DNA of 23,522 nucleotides from the NCBI GenBank assembly GCA_964510585.1, contig CAZECW010000209.1, positions 1 to 23,522 on the forward strand, written 5' to 3'. A program made the translations under genes and the position numbers. The notes beneath the pieces were generated by a model. The model saw only the letters and a program-made list of their open reading frames with translations. It made no database searches and was not told the DNA's origin. The DNA comes from an uncultured archaeon. GTDB taxonomy: Archaea; Asgardarchaeota; Jordiarchaeia; Jordiarchaeales; Jordiarchaeaceae. Below, in pieces: positions 7,448-16,128 of this stretch. The first letter of the stretch is position 1. Each line of letters opens with the position of its first letter.

Positions 7448-7723
7448 AACTTCTAACAGTTATACTGTTAAAGCAATTCAACCTTTCAAATCTATCACAC
7501 TAAGCCTGAAAATGTCGAGACTTAACCTACATTCACAAAGGTAAAAGGAATTTATCAAGCAGATATTTTGCGCCAAATAAATTTTTTACTAGAGCTCTCT
7601 AACCTGACGAATTTTTTGACGTTTGATACACGATTTTTTGAAAATTTCCAAGAAATTAATAGGGATAACTCAAAAATGCACGAATTTAGGCATGTTTTTT
7701 TATTGTAAGAGGCATAATACGAT

Positions 7724-7737
7724 AGAAAAATTTATAT
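7724..7737 (+). promoter_or_regulatory. BRE-TATA promoter of tRNA-Asp
   Basis: AGAAAAA-TTTATAT about 30 nt upstream of tRNA G1 (7769). Confidence 0.65.
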
Positions 7738-7768
7738 TTTTACACTAAAACTAGTCAATCACGCAAGC

Positions 7769-7904
7769 GCCCAAGTGGTGTAGCCCGGCCTATCATCGCG
7801 GCCTGTCACGTCGTGGACATAAAACGGGTCGTTTTATGGCGGGAACCCGAGACCTCAAAAATTCTTGTATTGTGGCGGGAATTCAAATCTCGGCTTGGGC
7901 GCCA
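7769..7904 (+). tRNA. trnD: tRNA-Asp(GTC) with two BHB introns: 45/46 (7817-7844, 28 nt) and 53/54 (7852-7881, 30 nt); CCA encoded
   Basis: Spliced GCCCAAG TG GTGT AGCCCGGCCTA TCAT C GCGGC CTGTCAC GTCGT GGAC CCGAG TTCAAAT CTCGG CTTGGGC G CCA. BHB central helices TCGT/GCGG and CCCG/CGGG; inner hairpin CATAAAAC/GTTTTATG. Confidence 0.9.
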
Positions 7905-8072
7905 ATATTTAATTCTCCCCAAGAAAAAAATCTGGCAAAAATTATTTTTTAGACTGAAGACTATCTCAATAGTTCTAGAACGAAACAGAAACTCAGAAAT
8001 AACGCGTTAAAATATTATTAAGGGTAAAGAATATAAGTTACCAAAGATTATTTTACCGTGCTCTGAATGTGC

Positions 8073-8238
8073 GGGCTGCTAGCTCAGAGGCGCGACGTGA
8101 AACGTTTAGCCGAGAAGCTAGGTAGAGCGCCTGACTTCGCAGGTTTTCCTCCGAAGGGTGATGCTTTTAACCAGGTGGTCGCGAGTAGCCCTTGACCTTT
8201 GTCAGGGCTTGCGAATTCAAATCTCGCGCAGCCCGCCA
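8073..8238 (+). tRNA. trnK: tRNA-Lys(TTT) with three BHB introns: 15/16 (8088-8117, 30 nt), 30/31 (8134-8162, 29 nt), 53/54 (8186-8215, 30 nt); CCA encoded
   Basis: Spliced GGGCTGC TA GCTC AGCTAGGTA GAGC G CCTGG CTTTTAA CCAGG TGGTC GCGAG TTCAAAT CTCGC GCAGCCC G CCA. BHB central helices GCTC/GAGA (one mismatch), CGCC/GGTG and CGCG/TGCG, each with an inner hairpin. Confidence 0.9.
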
Positions 8239-8302
8239 CTACCTTGCTATAATTCTGATGGATTGGAGCTTAAAATAGTGTTGGGTGTGATTAGGTAGGA
8301 AT

Positions 8303-8315
8303 AAAAAATATAAAG
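8303..8315 (+). promoter_or_regulatory. candidate BRE-TATA promoter for rpo2
   Basis: AAAAAA-TATAAAG about 100 nt upstream of the ATG at 8419. Confidence 0.45.
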
Positions 8316-8418
8316 TATTTCGTTCAAAAGTTTGTTAGTGTTATCCGTTGGTCTCTGTGGTTGTTTGAATGTTGTTCATCTATTGTTTGTAGCTTTTATT
8401 TTTTGAGAAGTGGTTATT

Positions 8419-11400
8419 ATGTCTGATGTTGAGCAGATTGATGGTTGGCGTGTTATTGAGGCTTTTATTGAGGAGAATGGTCTGGTTCGTCAACATTTAG
8501 ATTCTTACAATGAGTTCATTAAACATGGCCTACAGCAGATTGTGGATGAGGTTGGCAAAATTGAGCCTGAGGGCGAGAACTACTACGTTAAACTGGGTAA
8601 GATTGATGTGGGTAAGCCTACCATAAAAGAGGCTGACGGCTCCACCATGCCTGTTTTTCCCAACGAGGCTAGGATCCGCAATTTGACTTACGCGGCTAAT
8701 TTACATTTGGAAATGACCATAGTTTATAATGATGATAGGGGAGGTGGGACTGAGGATGCAACAACTGAGGTTTATATTGGCCGCCTTCCTATTATGCTCA
8801 AGTCCGAAAAGTGTCCTCTGTCCCAGTTAAGTAGAGAGGAGCTCATCACTCTAGGCGAGGATCCAGATGATCCGGGAGGCTACTTTATTATTAATGGCAG
8901 TGAAAGGGTTCTGGTTACTCAGGAGGATCTGGCGCCTAACCGTATTCTCATTGAGGTGGCCAATAAGAGTAGCTCGTCTACACATGTAGCTAAAGTGTTT
9001 AGTACAGCTCAGGGTTTCAGAGCACCTGTGACCATGGAGCGGCGGCGTGACGGTTCTCTAAGGGTTTCATTCCCCTCTGTTCCGGGGAAGATTCCACTAT
9101 TTGTTTTGATTCGCGCCCTTGGACTGGAAACCGATAAACAGATTGTAGACATTATTTCTGACGATGAAGAGATAATTCGGGAGCTTATTCCCTCTATTGA
9201 GATGGCGGCTCCCATTATTTCTCGTGATGATGCACTAGACTTTATTGGTAAACGTGTGGCTGTAGGCCAGACTAGGGATTATCGTTTGAAGAGAGCAGAA
9301 CAAGTGTTAGACCGTTACCTTCTCCCACACATCGGCACCACACCTAAGGATCGATTAAGAAAGGCATTCTACCTGGGCCAGATGGCCTCACGTATTATAG
9401 AGTTGGCTCTTGGTAGAAGAAGCGAGGATGACAAAGACCACTATTCTAATAAGAGGTTAAAGCTCGCGGGAGACCTTTTAATGAGTTTGTTCCGGGTGGC
9501 CTTTCTCAGCCTCTGCAGGGATATAAAATACCAGTTGGAGAGAAACGCTGTTAGAGGCAGACGTAGAAACATTAAGACCGCGGTTCGTGCAGATGTGATT
9601 ACAGACCGATTACACCATGCACTTGCAACCGGCAACTGGGTCGGGGGAAAAGCAGGGGTGAGTCAGCTCCTAGATAGAACCAACTACATGTCTGCATTAA
9701 GCCACCTACGGAGAGTGGTCTCGCCTCTGAGCAGAAGCCAACCCCACTTTGAAGCGCGTGACCTACATCCTACCCACTGGGGCAAAATATGCCCAAACGA
9801 AACTCCAGAAGGGCCTAACTGTGGTCTGGTCAAAAACTTGGCGCTACTAGCCTACATATCGGTAGGTGCAGACGAGGCGGAAGTGGAAAGCATATTCGTA
9901 GACCTTGGCGTTCAGCCCGTAGAGGAACTAGAGGGAATGAAGGGAGTTAAGGGAGCTCAAGTCTACCTTAACGGTCGACTAATAGGAGTGCATCAACAAC
10001 CATTAGCCTTTCTTGCAGAAGTTAAGAAGAGAAGGAGAAGCGGCCAGATAACCAACGAAGTTAATATCGCTTACTATCCCGATACCAACGAGATACAGGC
10101 TAACTGCGACGCTGGACGCGCCCGACGCCCTCTGATAATAGTGGAAAACGGAGTGCCGAAACTCACCTCTGAACATATTGCAAAACTCAGAAGCAAAGAA
10201 TGGAAGTTTAGTGACCTCATCCGTAGAGGTATCGTAGAGTTCTTAGACGCAGAAGAAGAGGAGAATTCACACATTGCAATGTATCCTAAAGACATAAACG
10301 AGAAAACTACCCACCTAGAAATTGCGCCAAGCTCAATATTAGGAATCTCTGCAAGCATAATTCCCTATCCTGAACATAACCAAAGCCCCAGAAATACCTA
10401 TGAAGCAGGGATGGTTAAACAAGCTCTAGGACTCTACGCTGCAAACTACAGGACGCGAGCAGACACGAGAGCCCACCTACTGCATTATCCACAAGTACCC
10501 ATAGTAAACACTAAAGCCACTATGCCTACTGGATTCGATAAAAGACCCGCGGGACAAAACTTCATAGTAGCAGTGCTATCCTATGAAGGGTACAACATAG
10601 AAGATGCCATAATAATTAACAAGGCCTCCATAGAGAGAGGACTCGGGAGAAGCACATTTTTCAGAAGCTACGAAGCTGAGGAGAGAAAATATCCCGGAGG
10701 GCAAGAAGATAAATTTGAGATACCCGACAAAAGCGTTAGAGGATACCGCGCCGCAGAAGCCTATCGCCACCTATCTGATGATGGCATAATCGAGCCCGAA
10801 GTTGAAGTCCAGGGTGGCGAAATAATAATTGGGAGAACAAGCCCACCCCGGTTCCTAGAGGAGGAAGCAGGGTTTGAAATGCCCACCCAAATCCGAAGAG
10901 AAACATCAACTAGTATGCGCCACGGAGAAACAGGAATAGTAGACACTGTATCAATAACTGAAACCATAGATGGAAACACTCTAGTCAAAGTAAAAATCAG
11001 AGACCAACGCATCCCAGAACTCGGAGATAAATTCGCCACAAGACATGGACAAAAGGGAATAATTGGGCTAATAGTACCCCAAGAAGACATGCCCTTTACA
11101 GAGGAAGGCATAGTACCAGACCTTATAGTCAACCCTCATGCTATACCCTCCAGAATGACCCTTGGACAAGTAATAGAATCGATAGCCGGAAAAGTAGGAG
11201 CACTCGGTGGAAGAAAAGTCGATGGAACTGCATTCAGCGGTGAACCCGTCAAAAAATTGTACCAAGAGCTAATTCAAAGGGGCTACAAATACAACGGCAG
11301 AGAAGTTATGTACAATGGGATAACTGGAAGAAAATACGAAGCGGACATATTCATAGGGGTAGTCTATTACCAAAAACTGCACCACATGGTAGCAGATAAA

Positions 11401-11760
11401 ATACATGCAAGAGCAAGGGGACCGGTACAAATACTTACAAGACAACCCACAGAAGGACGAGCCCGAGAAGGAGGGCTTAGATTCGGGGAAATGGAACGAG
11501 ACTGCCTAATTGGCCACGGAGCAGCTCTTCTCCTGAAGGAGAAGCTGGTTGAGGAGTCGGACAAGACCACCACTCTTGTGTGCGAAGAATGTGGTATGCT
11601 CGCTGTCTACGACAAGAACAAGGGCCGCTACTATTGTCCACTTTGTGGCGAGGACACTCGTGTAGCTAAGGTCAATATGAGCTACGCTTTCAAACTTTTA
11701 TTACAGGAGCTTATGGCCTTAGGTATTGCTCCGCGCCTCAAGCTCGCGGAGAAGACCTAA
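8419..11760 (+). CDS. rpo2: DNA-directed RNA polymerase subunit B (Rpo2), unsplit B''+B' form
   Basis: About 1113 aa with GGYFIINGSERV, HPTHWGKICPNETPEGPNCGLVKNL, PEHNQSPRN, GDKFATRHGQKG, NPHAIPSRMT, GGLRFGEMERDC and a C-terminal Zn ribbon (CEECG...CPLC). ATG 8419 is preferred over GTG 8410. Confidence 0.99.
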   Translation: MSDVEQIDGWRVIEAFIEENGLVRQHLDSYNEFIKHGLQQIVDEVGKIEPEGENYYVKLGKIDVGKPTIKEADGSTMPVFPNEARIRNLTYAANLHLEMTIVYNDDRGGGTEDATTEVYIGRLPIMLKSEKCPLSQLSREELITLGEDPDDPGGYFIINGSERVLVTQEDLAPNRILIEVANKSSSSTHVAKVFSTAQGFRAPVTMERRRDGSLRVSFPSVPGKIPLFVLIRALGLETDKQIVDIISDDEEIIRELIPSIEMAAPIISRDDALDFIGKRVAVGQTRDYRLKRAEQVLDRYLLPHIGTTPKDRLRKAFYLGQMASRIIELALGRRSEDDKDHYSNKRLKLAGDLLMSLFRVAFLSLCRDIKYQLERNAVRGRRRNIKTAVRADVITDRLHHALATGNWVGGKAGVSQLLDRTNYMSALSHLRRVVSPLSRSQPHFEARDLHPTHWGKICPNETPEGPNCGLVKNLALLAYISVGADEAEVESIFVDLGVQPVEELEGMKGVKGAQVYLNGRLIGVHQQPLAFLAEVKKRRRSGQITNEVNIAYYPDTNEIQANCDAGRARRPLIIVENGVPKLTSEHIAKLRSKEWKFSDLIRRGIVEFLDAEEEENSHIAMYPKDINEKTTHLEIAPSSILGISASIIPYPEHNQSPRNTYEAGMVKQALGLYAANYRTRADTRAHLLHYPQVPIVNTKATMPTGFDKRPAGQNFIVAVLSYEGYNIEDAIIINKASIERGLGRSTFFRSYEAEERKYPGGQEDKFEIPDKSVRGYRAAEAYRHLSDDGIIEPEVEVQGGEIIIGRTSPPRFLEEEAGFEMPTQIRRETSTSMRHGETGIVDTVSITETIDGNTLVKVKIRDQRIPELGDKFATRHGQKGIIGLIVPQEDMPFTEEGIVPDLIVNPHAIPSRMTLGQVIESIAGKVGALGGRKVDGTAFSGEPVKKLYQELIQRGYKYNGREVMYNGITGRKYEADIFIGVVYYQKLHHMVADKIHARARGPVQILTRQPTEGRAREGGLRFGEMERDCLIGHGAALLLKEKLVEESDKTTTLVCEECGMLAVYDKNKGRYYCPLCGEDTRVAKVNMSYAFKLLLQELMALGIAPRLKLAEKT

Positions 11761-11822
11761 GCTTTTTTATAGTTTTCCGATTTTTTTGAGAAGGTTTATA
11801 GTATTTTTTCTTTAATTTTTTG

Positions 11823-12257
11823 TTAGACGTATTCATCTGTGACCATTAGGTCTCTCACTTTTTCTATTTCGGGGAGTTGGTCGACTTTCTTCTGTTTGAA
11901 GAGGGAATAGCTCTCCATATTCTTGCTTTTTACCAGAGCTATGATGTCGAAGATGCCGCCAGTACAAGTGTATAGTTTGATGACTTCAGGATATTTTGCG
12001 ATCTTTTTTGCGACTTCTGCGGTCTTTTGATATTTAGTTTCGATTAGCAGTATGGCTAGAATGTCGAAGTCGAGCTTTCTCCAGTCTATTGAAATCATAA
12101 ATTGTTTTATTACTTTTAGATCTATCAATTTTTTGAGTCTATTATTTACTGTTCCTACGCTTACCCCCGTTTTCATGGCTATTTCTTTAAGGGATGTTCG
12201 GGAGTCTTTTTCGAGTGCCTCCAGTATTTTTCGGTCTAAGTTATCCACTGTTTTCAA
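11823..12257 (-). CDS. Lrp/AsnC family transcriptional regulator
   Basis: LDNLDRKILEAL.KDSRTSLKEIA...GVS.GTV.NRLKKL HTH, then a RAM domain (YTCTGGIFDII). Confidence 0.93.
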   Translation of the reverse strand: MKTVDNLDRKILEALEKDSRTSLKEIAMKTGVSVGTVNNRLKKLIDLKVIKQFMISIDWRKLDFDILAILLIETKYQKTAEVAKKIAKYPEVIKLYTCTGGIFDIIALVKSKNMESYSLFKQKKVDQLPEIEKVRDLMVTDEYV

Positions 12258-12484
12258 GCTTTAACCCCCGATTTTGGTTAAATCAAAATTGTTAATAGAG
12301 CATATAAGTTTGATGGTTGATCTTCTCCAAAAAGTTGCTCTTCTTATAAATTTATGAAAATGCTTTTTAAAAGCACAGAAAAGCAAATTCGGTTTAGAAG
12401 TAAAAACCACAAAAATAATTTAAATTGGGGGCGCCAAATGGTTGTGTTTGTTGATAGGGAAGTGTTGAGTTTTAAGGGGAATTT

Positions 12485-12883
12485 TTAGGGTAACTTGCTT
12501 ATGAGACCTTCCTGAATGGCTTTGGCGTAATTGTCTTTTAGGAGGGTTAGCACACCTTCAGCCTTCTTTAGGCCTGCAACGGCAAGTACAAAAGCCTCCT
12601 CTACGCCGACATCTAGGTTGTTAAGAATTCGTCCCGCATCAATGGCAATACCGACATCGCATACAATTATGCTGACATTTAGGGTTTGCCTCAAAACCGC
12701 AAGCATCAAGTCGATGTATTCGCCCCTCCCTTCCCGAAAACATTTTGAAACAAAGAAAGTTATTGATGTGGTAGGCACAAATATTCGGCTTCCTTCTGCC
12801 TTCGCTTTCCCCCAATACTCAGTAGCTTTTGCATCTCCTTCAATAAGGCTGTAAAGGAAAGATGAATCAGCAACCAGAATCAA
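12485..12883 (-). CDS. PIN-domain (VapC-like fold) protein, acidic active site partly degenerate
   Basis: N-terminal ILVADSSFL strand with the first Asp and overall PIN topology (..EEAFVLAVA......VLT). TTG 12883 with upstream GGGGA is preferred over 12907. Confidence 0.6.
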   Translation of the reverse strand: MILVADSSFLYSLIEGDAKATEYWGKAKAEGSRIFVPTTSITFFVSKCFREGRGEYIDLMLAVLRQTLNVSIIVCDVGIAIDAGRILNNLDVGVEEAFVLAVAGLKKAEGVLTLLKDNYAKAIQEGLISKLP

Positions 12884-13049
12884 GTTAAATCCCCACAAAG
12901 TCAACAAATTAGATTAAAAGAACCTCCGACAGGATAAGTAACTAAAGAGATTTATATTTAAGGTTAAATAAAAATCTTACTAAAAGTCCAAAAAGGTCAG
13001 AATGCCAGAAGCAATCCAAACGAGAAGAATTTGAAAATAGTTCTTCAAA

Positions 13050-13805
13050 TTATAGGTTGTCTCCACAACTGCAGAAGATTTCGTGAAGAAGATCGAAGAG
13101 TTCTTCGTATCCTTCACGGTTTATTATTGAAGTTGCAATTACTCTCACCGCGGGTCTGACTTTATTTATTATTTTAAGAGAGTCTAGAGCTAAGTCATTT
13201 ATTACTCCACCCTTTTCCGCATTCGCGATTTTTTTTCTGAGTAGCGCCGGATTGTTGAGCATCCCCACAAATTCTTTGGATTTTAGCATATCTGACTTGT
13301 GTAGTACTGTTATTAGGCTTATGCCAAGTTGTATTTGAACCGCCATACTCATGAGAAGAGCGACAACGAAGCCTGAAGCAGTGGGAGAGGTGTCTGCGCC
13401 CAATAGGAAGACCCCGCAAACTCGCATATTGCGTTGGAGTTTTTCCATAAACAGGCTTCCAGTAGGTTTGAAGGCAAAAACTTCCAGTTGACCCGGAAAA
13501 TCTATAAGTATGAAGTCGGCTAGGGTTTTTTTCATTTGTTCTAAAATCTGATCTGACATTTCGTATATCTTCTGACTTGCCCTTATTATAGAAGCATTTG
13601 GGCCAATGTGTTCAGTTTTCATTATTTCGTAAACATTGAAAAAATCCCGTATATCAAAATCTGGAGTGTAGGGCAGGTACTCTGCTCCGGCATCCAAATT
13701 GAAAATTTTTACATTGTAGTTCTTTTCGGCTAAAAACTCACCAAAACTTCCCGCAAGAGAGGTCTTACCTGAACCAGCGGGTCCCAAAAAAGGAACTGCC
13801 AACAC
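13050..13805 (-). CDS. GPN-loop GTPase (ATP_bind_1 family)
   Basis: G1 GPAGSGKTS, NLDAGAEYLPYTPDFDIRD, GPN loop IGPNAS, G3 DFPGQLEVF, G4 HKSD, C-terminal HEIFCSCGD. Confidence 0.92.
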   Translation of the reverse strand: MLAVPFLGPAGSGKTSLAGSFGEFLAEKNYNVKIFNLDAGAEYLPYTPDFDIRDFFNVYEIMKTEHIGPNASIIRASQKIYEMSDQILEQMKKTLADFILIDFPGQLEVFAFKPTGSLFMEKLQRNMRVCGVFLLGADTSPTASGFVVALLMSMAVQIQLGISLITVLHKSDMLKSKEFVGMLNNPALLRKKIANAEKGGVINDLALDSLKIINKVRPAVRVIATSIINREGYEELFDLLHEIFCSCGDNL

Positions 13806-13993
13806 TTGTGTTATCCCCTATCCATTTTAACATAAATTTTTATTCCATTTTTGGTAAAGAGGAGCTAATTTTTTCCTAATAGGGTGGGAAGACTGTAAAT
13901 TCTTAACCTTTTTCTGGTTGCATTAATTCTAAGAGGGAAGAATGGCACTGATAAAAATGAGTTTAAAGAATAAATTTGAAAAGAAGGGGGAGC

Positions 13994-14278
13994 CTAAGCT
14001 AACTCTGCTTCTTTTCCGATAGCTTGCCCTGGTAAGCCTTTTTGGAATCTAACTTTTACTAAACCGTTTTTACCGTGGACTTTAACGATTTTCCCTCTCA
14101 ATTTTTTCCCAGAAGCAGTTTGCCATACCACCCATCTGCCAATGAATCTAGCTGCTTCTTTATCTGAATCAACCCCTTGTATTTTAACTGCCATAAATTT
14201 GTTTTTTTGGTCATCTGCTCTGCGGATATAGTTTATAATAACACATTTTCTGCCTACAGTCGTAGTGCTCTCAGACAT
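13994..14278 (-). CDS. rpl35ae: 50S ribosomal protein eL33 (L35Ae)
   Basis: IINYIRR...Q....M.VKI.GVDS..EAA.FIGR.VVW....GKKLRGKIVKVHGKNG.VKVRF.KGLPGQAIG. GAGGTG RBS before ATG 14278. Confidence 0.93.
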   Translation of the reverse strand: MSESTTTVGRKCVIINYIRRADDQKNKFMAVKIQGVDSDKEAARFIGRWVVWQTASGKKLRGKIVKVHGKNGLVKVRFQKGLPGQAIGKEAELA

Positions 14279-14738
14279 TTTAGGCACCTCTGATTAACAA
14301 GGTTCGTGAATAAATTGACATTATTCTTTAAAAAGCGTTGTGGTGTTCATCATATTTAAACAACGCTTCCAAGGATGTTGGCTTGTTGCGGAGTTGAATC
14401 CTACTGCTCAACTTTTTTGCGTTTCCAAATGCTCCATTTTTATTACACATAGTAGTTAAAAAATAGGAGAGAAAAGGCTGCCTCCAACTTAAAAATAGTA
14501 CCACAAAACTGCGTGTCGCGATTAAAAGTACGGACAGCGCCCCCTAAGAGTATCTATGCAAAGACATTTTCTGCAAATCCAATTTGGAATAGTTTAACTA
14601 AAAGACGATATGAAAAATTAAAGGTGAATATTCAATATTATGCTTTAGATTTATGGAATTACGAACGATGCGTTTGCGAAACATTTAATACCTTGTATAA
14701 TATAAAGATGAAACACTATCATTTAGGTGGTTTGAATT

Positions 14739-14826
14739 GGTGATGCCCTGCCAATATCTATGGAGCAAGCTTGGACGTGGTGCGGTGATGCCCTGCCAAT
14801 TTATTTAGCTTTAAGTCCTTGCCAAT
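14739..14826 (+). repeat. 17-bp direct repeat GGTGATGCCCTGCCAAT (14739-14755, 14784-14800) plus a partial third copy CCTTGCCAAT (14817-14826) in the ask leader
   Basis: Exact 17-nt duplication 45 nt apart, downstream of a TATA-like TATAAAG (14701-14707) and upstream of the ask start. Confidence 0.85.
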
Positions 14827-14892
14827 ATGCTGTTTTTAGTTTAGATTTGATTTCTGAAAAATTCAAACAAAAACTGTTTTTAGAGGGATTTT

Positions 14893-16128
14893 ATGTTGAA
14901 TACAGATAACACCATCGTGGTTAAATTTGGAGGTTCTTGTTTGTCCACCAGTGAGGACTTGGTGAAAGCAGCTAAGATGGTCGTTGCGGAAACCAGTAAG
15001 GGTAGGAATGTGGTGGTGGTTGTATCCGCTCTGAAGGGAACCACCGACCAGTTATTAAGGTTAGCAGAAGGATCTACTGAGGGAAATATAAGCTCAGCAG
15101 AACTGGATGAGATACTGTCTATGGGTGAAAGGGTGGCGGCCCGCCTAATGGCCTCGGCGCTGAGATCTGCAGGAGTCAAGAGTATTTCTATAGATCCTTA
15201 CTCCGAGTATTGGCCTATTTTTACAAACGACCGCTTCGGAAACGCAGACCCCCTTGTTAAGGAAACAAAAAAGGCGGTAGTAGAAAAATTAACTCCCTTG
15301 GTGGAGAACCAAGTGGTTCCGGTTGTATGTGGATTTCTGGGAAAGACTCTTCAGGGCCAAATCACCACACTGGGACGTGGTGGAAGTGATACGTCTGCAG
15401 TACTGATCGGAAACTGTTTGGGGGCCAAAGAAGTAATTTTGGTTAAGGATGTGGAAGGCGTTCTTACGGGGGACCCAGACTTTATTGAAAGCACTGCCCT
15501 CATAAAGTCGCTAGACACAGAGGAGGTGGTTAGACTCACCTCAGCGGGAGCCAAAATAATTCACCCCAAGGCCTTATGGTTCAAGCCTCGAGATATGCTG
15601 ATAAGGATTGTCGGTTTTCAAAATGGAGACCTAGCAGCTACCGGAACAGTAATAACAGGTTCAGGTTTCCCAGAACTGGAAGTTTTAGCCAGCGATACCA
15701 ATGTTTCCATGGTAACAATAGTTGGAGAAGAGGCTGTTAAACCCGAAGCATTATTCTCCATCCTCTCAGCGGTAAGAGAGGCGGGAGGAAAAATTTTATC
15801 CGCAGCTTTGGAACCTTTATCTCTAATATTATACATATCTGGCGAAAATACTAAAAAAGTAGTAAATGTAATCCATAGGAAAATTAGAGAAAAGGGGTTA
15901 GGTAAGGCGCTTTCTCTCTTCGAGAATCTTTCAATGATTACTGTTAAGGGCGGAAATTTGGAAACCTCACCCGGCATAGTTGATACGGTTGCGAGTCTCC
16001 TCGGAAAAGCGAAAATCAACATTTTTGGAATTCTGACCATCAGCTCAAGTATTAGAATTTTCGTGAATCAAAAAGAAAAAGGAAAGGCAACTGAACTAAT
16101 TAAAACAAATCTGGAGGTTAAAGATTGA
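14893..16128 (+). CDS. lysC: aspartate kinase with two ACT domains
   Basis: [50 protein letters not shown]; C-terminal tandem ACT-like repeats. Confidence 0.95.
   Translation: MLNTDNTIVVKFGGSCLSTSEDLVKAAKMVVAETSKGRNVVVVVSALKGTTDQLLRLAEGSTEGNISSAELDEILSMGERVAARLMASALRSAGVKSISIDPYSEYWPIFTNDRFGNADPLVKETKKAVVEKLTPLVENQVVPVVCGFLGKTLQGQITTLGRGGSDTSAVLIGNCLGAKEVILVKDVEGVLTGDPDFIESTALIKSLDTEEVVRLTSAGAKIIHPKALWFKPRDMLIRIVGFQNGDLAATGTVITGSGFPELEVLASDTNVSMVTIVGEEAVKPEALFSILSAVREAGGKILSAALEPLSLILYISGENTKKVVNVIHRKIREKGLGKALSLFENLSMITVKGGNLETSPGIVDTVASLLGKAKINIFGILTISSSIRIFVNQKEKGKATELIKTNLEVKD

Noticed and set aside
7813-8010. 65-aa plus-strand ORF
   Set aside because: It starts inside tRNA-Asp and runs through its introns; spurious.
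12425-12438. GGGCGCCAA resembling the tRNA-Asp 3' end (possible att site)
   Set aside because: Only 9 nt of identity and no integrase or mobile genes between the sites.
14513-14743. 76-aa ORF upstream of ask
   Set aside because: It runs through AT-rich promoter sequence with no RBS or recognisable motif.
14739-14800. Fluoride (crcB) riboswitch suggested by GGTGATG...TGCC
   Set aside because: The loop is too short, there is no downstream pseudoknot partner, and the gene context is wrong.
14739-14826. Mini CRISPR array
   Set aside because: Only two 17-nt units with one 28-nt spacer and no cas genes; too short.
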